64,000 nt of DNA, taken from the NCBI RefSeq assembly GCF_009834535.1, contig NC_045696.1, positions 76,014,001 through 76,078,000 of the forward strand, in the 5' to 3' direction. The translations under genes and the position numbers were made by a program. The notes below the pieces were generated by a model. It saw only the letters and a program-made list of their open reading frames with translations. It was not told where the DNA came from and did not search any database. This stretch comes from Camelus ferus. Lineage: Eukaryota. This document shows, in pieces, positions 63,216 to 64,000 of this stretch (its first letter is position 1; the number at the start of each line of letters is the position of its first letter).

Positions 63216-64000
63216 ACAGACAGCTTCAGATGCAGACTAGATTAGCTCAGTCCCTCAAAGAGCTCTTCTCAGGTTTGTGATCCAGCTTTCAAGCCCTGGA
63301 CTTTAATCAAGGGCAGTTCTAGGAGCAGCCACATAAAATCTGCTTCTACACTGACTGTAAACTATTTTTAAAGGCATATTTTTTCTTATGCCACTTGTCT
63401 TTTGCGGAAAGACTTGCCTAAGAAATTCCTTCCAGAATTAAAGTTGGAAAAAAAAATTTCTTGAGGATAGTGTGATCTTTTTTTCTGAAAACAAGAGCTA
63501 TGGAACCAATCATGCTTCCCTTTCTACAACAGCTGTCAGGAACTCCAAGCCAAAGGTGGAAGTAAATCACAGACCTCTCTAAACAACTGTAAATTATTGG
63601 GGAATTTATGTCCTGCCTCTTCTTGGATTTCGTTTTCTATTTCTGTATCTCTGTAACCCAGACATCAGCTGATTTCTCCAAGCATCTCTGGCTCGCACCC
63701 TTTTTTTCACCCTCTGTCACCCAGGCTTGTTTTCATCACTGGTTGCCACCAGAAACCCACAATATTAAGCATTTGGGGAAATTTATTACTGCAGATGGCC
63801 AGAAGATGACGGGGTCAGAGGGAAAGCCCAGGTCAGACAGCACACACCACTTCAGACTTTCACTCACCTGTATCATCAACTTTTTCCCTGTTCCCCCCTC
63901 ACATTCCTCCTGTCTCTTCAGGAGCGACACAAATTTCTTTCCTTGGCCTGTGCATGGCCATTTAGGGATTATCTTGGTTATTTACGTACACTTTTGGGAT

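Noticed and set aside
1..64000. Protein-coding genes from the ORF track
   Set aside because: All ORFs are 150 aa or shorter, many start at non-ATG codons, and they overlap repeats or microsatellites or resemble no protein family I recognise other than L1 ORF2.
1..64000. CRISPR arrays, operons or other prokaryotic/viral systems
   Set aside because: No regularly spaced repeats or gene-dense regions; the repeat content is unambiguously mammalian.

Overview
Eutherian mammal genomic DNA, AT-rich. It is probably cetartiodactyl and most likely camelid: the young L1 3' end at ~49.5 kb has that style, and I saw no Alu, B1, Bov-tA, PRE-1 or Can-SINE. I cannot support any protein-coding gene, RNA gene or CRISPR array. 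The ORF track is explained by chance ORFs, microsatellites and decayed L1 ORF2 pieces. The window reads as intergenic or intronic sequence full of old interspersed repeats (L1, L2, MIR, MaLR/ERV1 LTRs, MER8, MER5, MER63, a CR1-like remnant). Notable structures: a ~5 kb 3'-truncated ERV1-like provirus with a tRNA-Ser PBS and a nested MITE; a twin-primed (5'-inverted) L1; a tail-less L1 RT fragment replacing the middle of a MaLR LTR; and several candidate regulatory modules (CpG/CTCF/STAT cluster at 29.3 kb, octamer + triple CCAAT module at 45.7 kb, MITF/OTX cluster at 55.9 kb). I found no evidence for a new multi-gene biological system. Repeat family names come from recalled consensus sequences, and boundaries are approximate unless stated.
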